A stretch of DNA of 64,000 nt from contig JAKLIG010000004.1 of NCBI GenBank assembly GCA_022709735.1, positions 240-64,239 on the forward strand, read 5' to 3'. A model generated the notes under the pieces. The model did not search any database. It saw nothing but the letters and a program-made list of their open reading frames with translations, and had not been told where the DNA came from. Both the position numbers and the translations under genes were made by a program. The stretch is from Patescibacteria group bacterium. GTDB taxonomy: Bacteria; Patescibacteriota; Minisyncoccia; Moranbacterales; UBA2206. Below are positions 61,042 through 64,000 of the stretch, piece after piece (the first letter of the stretch is position 1; each line of letters begins with the position of its first letter).

Positions 61042-61383
61042 TTAAGCAGTTATAATTTTATTGACTGCCGCTTCTAGTTCTTTGAAATTCAATATTCTCA
61101 AAACATTCTCATTCGTATTAATTTCGTCATTTTTTGATATCAAGATAATTTTGATGTCTGGCTTAATTTCTTTAACCTTTTCAATTAACTTGTAAGCTTT
61201 AATTTTGGTTTTATCTATATCCACAACCAAAAGATCAATTTGTGGTTTATTTTTAATGAAATTCAGAGCTTCTTTGGAATTTAGAAAACAATATACTTCA
61301 AGCCCTAAATCCTCTAAAAAAAGAACGGTTATAGATAACGATAAGCCATCACTGTCCACAACGACAGCTTTTTTCTTTTCCAT
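61042..61383 (-). CDS. Single-domain receiver-like protein
   Basis: AVVVDSD...LLVVDID...IILISKN. Confidence 0.65.
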   Translation of the reverse strand: MEKKKAVVVDSDGLSLSITVLFLEDLGLEVYCFLNSKEALNFIKNKPQIDLLVVDIDKTKIKAYKLIEKVKEIKPDIKIILISKNDEINTNENVLRILNFKELEAAVNKIITA

Positions 61384-61424
61384 AATGCCCCCTTATATAT
61401 TATTAAAGTTTAATAACTTTGTTT

Positions 61425-61454
61425 TTTAAAAAAACAAAAACCTAGCGTTCTAGG
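61425..61454 (-). terminator. Rho-independent terminator (cctagaacgctagg, then T-run on the minus strand) after gene 61494..62390
   Basis: Hairpin plus A-run on the plus strand. Confidence 0.5.
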
Positions 61455-61493
61455 CTTCTCAATATTTAAGCATACAATTAAATTCTAGTCAAA

Positions 61494-62390
61494 TTAAAGA
61501 GGCTTTTTTATTTTTTTTCGGAGGAAATATAGAAAAGCAAAATGCAAAACAATTGCAATAATTATTGAGCCATACAGAAACCATTCAAACTCCCGACATT
61601 TGTCAAAATAGTACCAGAATGCCACCGCCAGAATTGTCCAAAGCAACGCAATTTTCCAACCGTATTCTTCGCGCTTATAATTTTTTCTGGCGTCCAGCAC
61701 AAAAATAATTGCAAAAATCACAAGTACTAAAATCCAAACCCATTTCGGCCAGCTTTGACATCGGTTTTCCAATCCGGCAATTTTTTCATTTTCGCCAGCT
61801 TGATTTTCTGCTCCTGCCACTCCGGAAACAACTCTGCCTTCTTCGGACAAAATTTCACTTTCCGTTGTGGCAGTTGTCCCGCCTTCGGCTATTTCTGATT
61901 CAATTTTAAAATCGATATCGAAATTTGTTTCCAACCCTTGGTATTCATTGCCAGCATCCTCGTCAAATTTTATTTTAATTTTATACCGCTCACTTTCTTC
62001 TGTCTCCAGTCTATCTACATAAAGTTCTTCTTCATCCGCTTCTTCCAGCGTCCAGCGATCACCTTCACCGCCGATTCGATAATTATCGTCTGAATCACGA
62101 ATAACATATAATTTCAATTTTTTTGCTAATTTTTTGTCGCCATTAACATCGAAGGTAAAATATAAATTAGTATCGTCTGTCGTGCTTTCATTTTCCACCC
62201 TAATTGTTTTTGACTGTTCCCAGCCGGGATAAATATTGCTTTCATCAAAAATATCATCGCCATCAACATTCTCTCCGCTTAAAAATTCCACATCAATCTC
62301 ATCATCCGCCAGCGCAAAATTTGCCGGCACAATCAGAAAGATTGCTCCTAAAAAAATTACCGCTAAATTTTTGATAAAATATTTTTTCAT
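61494..62390 (-). CDS. Secreted acidic protein with three C-terminal TM helices
   Basis: Signal peptide MKKYFIKNLAVIFLGAIFLIVPANFALA; acidic domain; C-terminal TM helices. Confidence 0.55.
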   Translation of the reverse strand: MKKYFIKNLAVIFLGAIFLIVPANFALADDEIDVEFLSGENVDGDDIFDESNIYPGWEQSKTIRVENESTTDDTNLYFTFDVNGDKKLAKKLKLYVIRDSDDNYRIGGEGDRWTLEEADEEELYVDRLETEESERYKIKIKFDEDAGNEYQGLETNFDIDFKIESEIAEGGTTATTESEILSEEGRVVSGVAGAENQAGENEKIAGLENRCQSWPKWVWILVLVIFAIIFVLDARKNYKREEYGWKIALLWTILAVAFWYYFDKCREFEWFLYGSIIIAIVLHFAFLYFLRKKIKKPL

Positions 62391-62441
62391 TATTTCCTCT
62401 ATTTAAGAATTTATACTTTTAAAACATTCTGCTCCTTGATT

Positions 62442-64000
62442 TTATTTTTCATCCTTGCCTGCCGATGAGGCAGGTTCTTTTTTTGCAGATTTATCGTCAG
62501 ACTTTTCTTCTTCTTTTTTGCTTTCCTCTTTCTTTTTTTCTTCCTTTTTCTCCTCATCTTTCTTTTCTTCCGCTTTTACTTCTTCTTTTTTATTTTCCTC
62601 TATTTTAGCATCTTCCTTTTTTTCGTCATCTTTTTTTATTTCTTCTTTGTCTTTGACTCCTTTATCTTCTTTGATTCCCTCTGTTTTTGCTTCCTCTTTC
62701 TTTATTTCTTCCTGCGTCCCGCTTTTATCTTCTTTGGTTTTATTTTCCTCAATTTTAGTTTCTTCTTTTATTTCAGAAACAACTTCTTCTTTTTCTTCTT
62801 TGGGCTCCTCTTCTTTCTTATTTTCTTCGGAAATATTTTCTTCTACTTCTGCTGTTTCGCTAATTCCTTCTTTTGAATCATTTTGTGAATCATCTCCAGC
62901 TTGCTGGTCATCTAAAACTTCCTCGCTAGAATTTGCTTCGGTCCCACCAGTTTCACTTACACTGTCAGAAACAGAATTATCATCATTCGAAATAGTGCCG
63001 TCAGTAGTATTATCGCTGGCGATATCTTCAACTGGAACTTCCGGATTTTCAACTATTTCGTCTGCTACCAGAACAACTTCTTCTATTTTTTCTTCTTTCA
63101 AAAGACCTAGGGATTTCAAAAAACTTTCTTTGCAAATCGGTTTTCCATCCTTGAAGCAAGCCTCTTTGTAATATTTTTGCATATCATCCAGATCATTGCT
63201 CGAATTATTTTTTTCTCCCGGCGTCGGCACTGGATCTACCCAATTGCCAACACCATCTGGAATTCTCGCGTATGATTTTCCTTGCACCGCATTTGAATAA
63301 TCATGACTATCAATTAAATTTCCCGCACTGTCATAAAGCTGAACTTCATCATCGCCGGTATTATTCAGATAAAAATCGGCATAATTTTCAATTACTAAAA
63401 ATCGATTAGATGAAGGATTGATTGTCGTGCTCCCCGTGTCACTGTGCGCTGAATCAATAAGTCTTCGATGAGAGGCTGGTCCTTGATTATCAGTGATAAA
63501 CCAATTATTAACATTTACTGGTTCTGTCCCATAATTATAGATTTCCACCATTTCATCAAGTCCTACTGCTGGATATGGCACAAATTCATTGAGAACTATC
63601 ATATAAGAAATTTCAAATTCGTCGCTCTCCTCGGAAGCAGTAAGCGAATGCGAATCGGTTGCCGTTATTTTTACCTTGCAACTGTCAGAAATATCTGTTG
63701 GCACTGTCCAAGAATAGCTTCCGTCATTATCTGTTCCAGTTGCAATATTCGTCCACGGATCACTATCGCAAGCATAATCAATATCAATTAACATTCCTGC
63801 GGTCGCCGAAGGATCAGCAGATGAAGCTGTCCAAGTTATATTGTGCGATGATCCAACTTGCCATTCATCCCCCAAAGATGGGCTGGAAATTGAGATTACG
63901 GGCGGAACCCAATATCCAAATGTGAAAATATTTCCATCTGAAATTGCGTTACTAGTATAAAAAGAATTTGTCCCAGAAACTTTAGTCATTCCAATAGCAA
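62442..64000 (-). CDS. Lamin-tail-domain (LTD) protein with K/E-rich low-complexity C-terminus; probably 5'-partial (the frame stays open past the tracked ATG to the window edge)
   Basis: NEFVPYPAVG...EIYNYG.EPVNVNNWFITDN...RIPDG...PTPGEKN; no signal peptide after the tracked Met. Confidence 0.55.
   Translation of the reverse strand, partial: AIGMTKVSGTNSFYTSNAISDGNIFTFGYWVPPVISISSPSLGDEWQVGSSHNITWTASSADPSATAGMLIDIDYACDSDPWTNIATGTDNDGSYSWTVPTDISDSCKVKITATDSHSLTASEESDEFEISYMIVLNEFVPYPAVGLDEMVEIYNYGTEPVNVNNWFITDNQGPASHRRLIDSAHSDTGSTTINPSSNRFLVIENYADFYLNNTGDDEVQLYDSAGNLIDSHDYSNAVQGKSYARIPDGVGNWVDPVPTPGEKNNSSNDLDDMQKYYKEACFKDGKPICKESFLKSLGLLKEEKIEEVVLVADEIVENPEVPVEDIASDNTTDGTISNDDNSVSDSVSETGGTEANSSEEVLDDQQAGDDSQNDSKEGISETAEVEENISEENKKEEEPKEEKEEVVSEIKEETKIEENKTKEDKSGTQEEIKKEEAKTEGIKEDKGVKDKEEIKKDDEKKEDAKIEENKKEEVKAEEKKDEEKKEEKKKEESKKEEEKSDDKSAKKEPASSAGKDEK

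Noticed and set aside
62455-63171. 238-aa Ser/Phe-rich plus-strand ORF
   Set aside because: Antisense shadow of the K/E-rich low-complexity tail of the LTD protein (AAG/GAA codons read as TTC/CTT).

Overview
AT-rich window from a small-genome bacterium (gene content and style resemble Patescibacteria/CPR-like lineages; this is an inference). About 57 protein genes, almost all on the minus strand, plus one tRNA-Leu(CAA). Recognisable genes: alaS, mnmA, dprA-topA-rel, parAB, dxs-rlmN, a glmS/glmR(yvcK)-like cell-wall precursor operon, leuS, a complete F1Fo ATP synthase cluster (atpI-B-E-F-H ... A-G ... D-C), tatD, metG, rsmI, glyQS, tgt, recO, two orphan receiver domains and several large secreted/surface proteins (one Gly-rich beta-helix-like giant truncated at the window edge, one 1436-aa repeat protein). 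No CRISPR array, rRNA or obvious transposase was seen. The main unexplained structure is in and around the atp operon. Two non-homologous small plus-strand ORFs sit antisense between atpH/atpA and atpG/atpD; each carries the same ~50-nt upstream element, a ttgact -35 box and a strong Shine-Dalgarno, plus a related terminator hairpin, with GCTGATT motifs at both ends. A near-identical 102-nt AT-rich repeat follows both the atpA and atpD stop codons, and a nested four-palindrome cluster abuts atpH. Elsewhere there are at least three interspersed repeat families: long GTCATCC...GGATGAC hairpins that often contain a CCTGCCTGCCGGCAGGCAGG palindrome, an 83-nt ATTCGAGT-type repeat, and the atp 102-mer. 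LeuS carries a ~150-aa in-frame insertion with a Pol-beta-type nucleotidyltransferase signature resembling LinA/ANT(2'')-family enzymes. All functional calls are from motif recognition by eye; no database searches were run.
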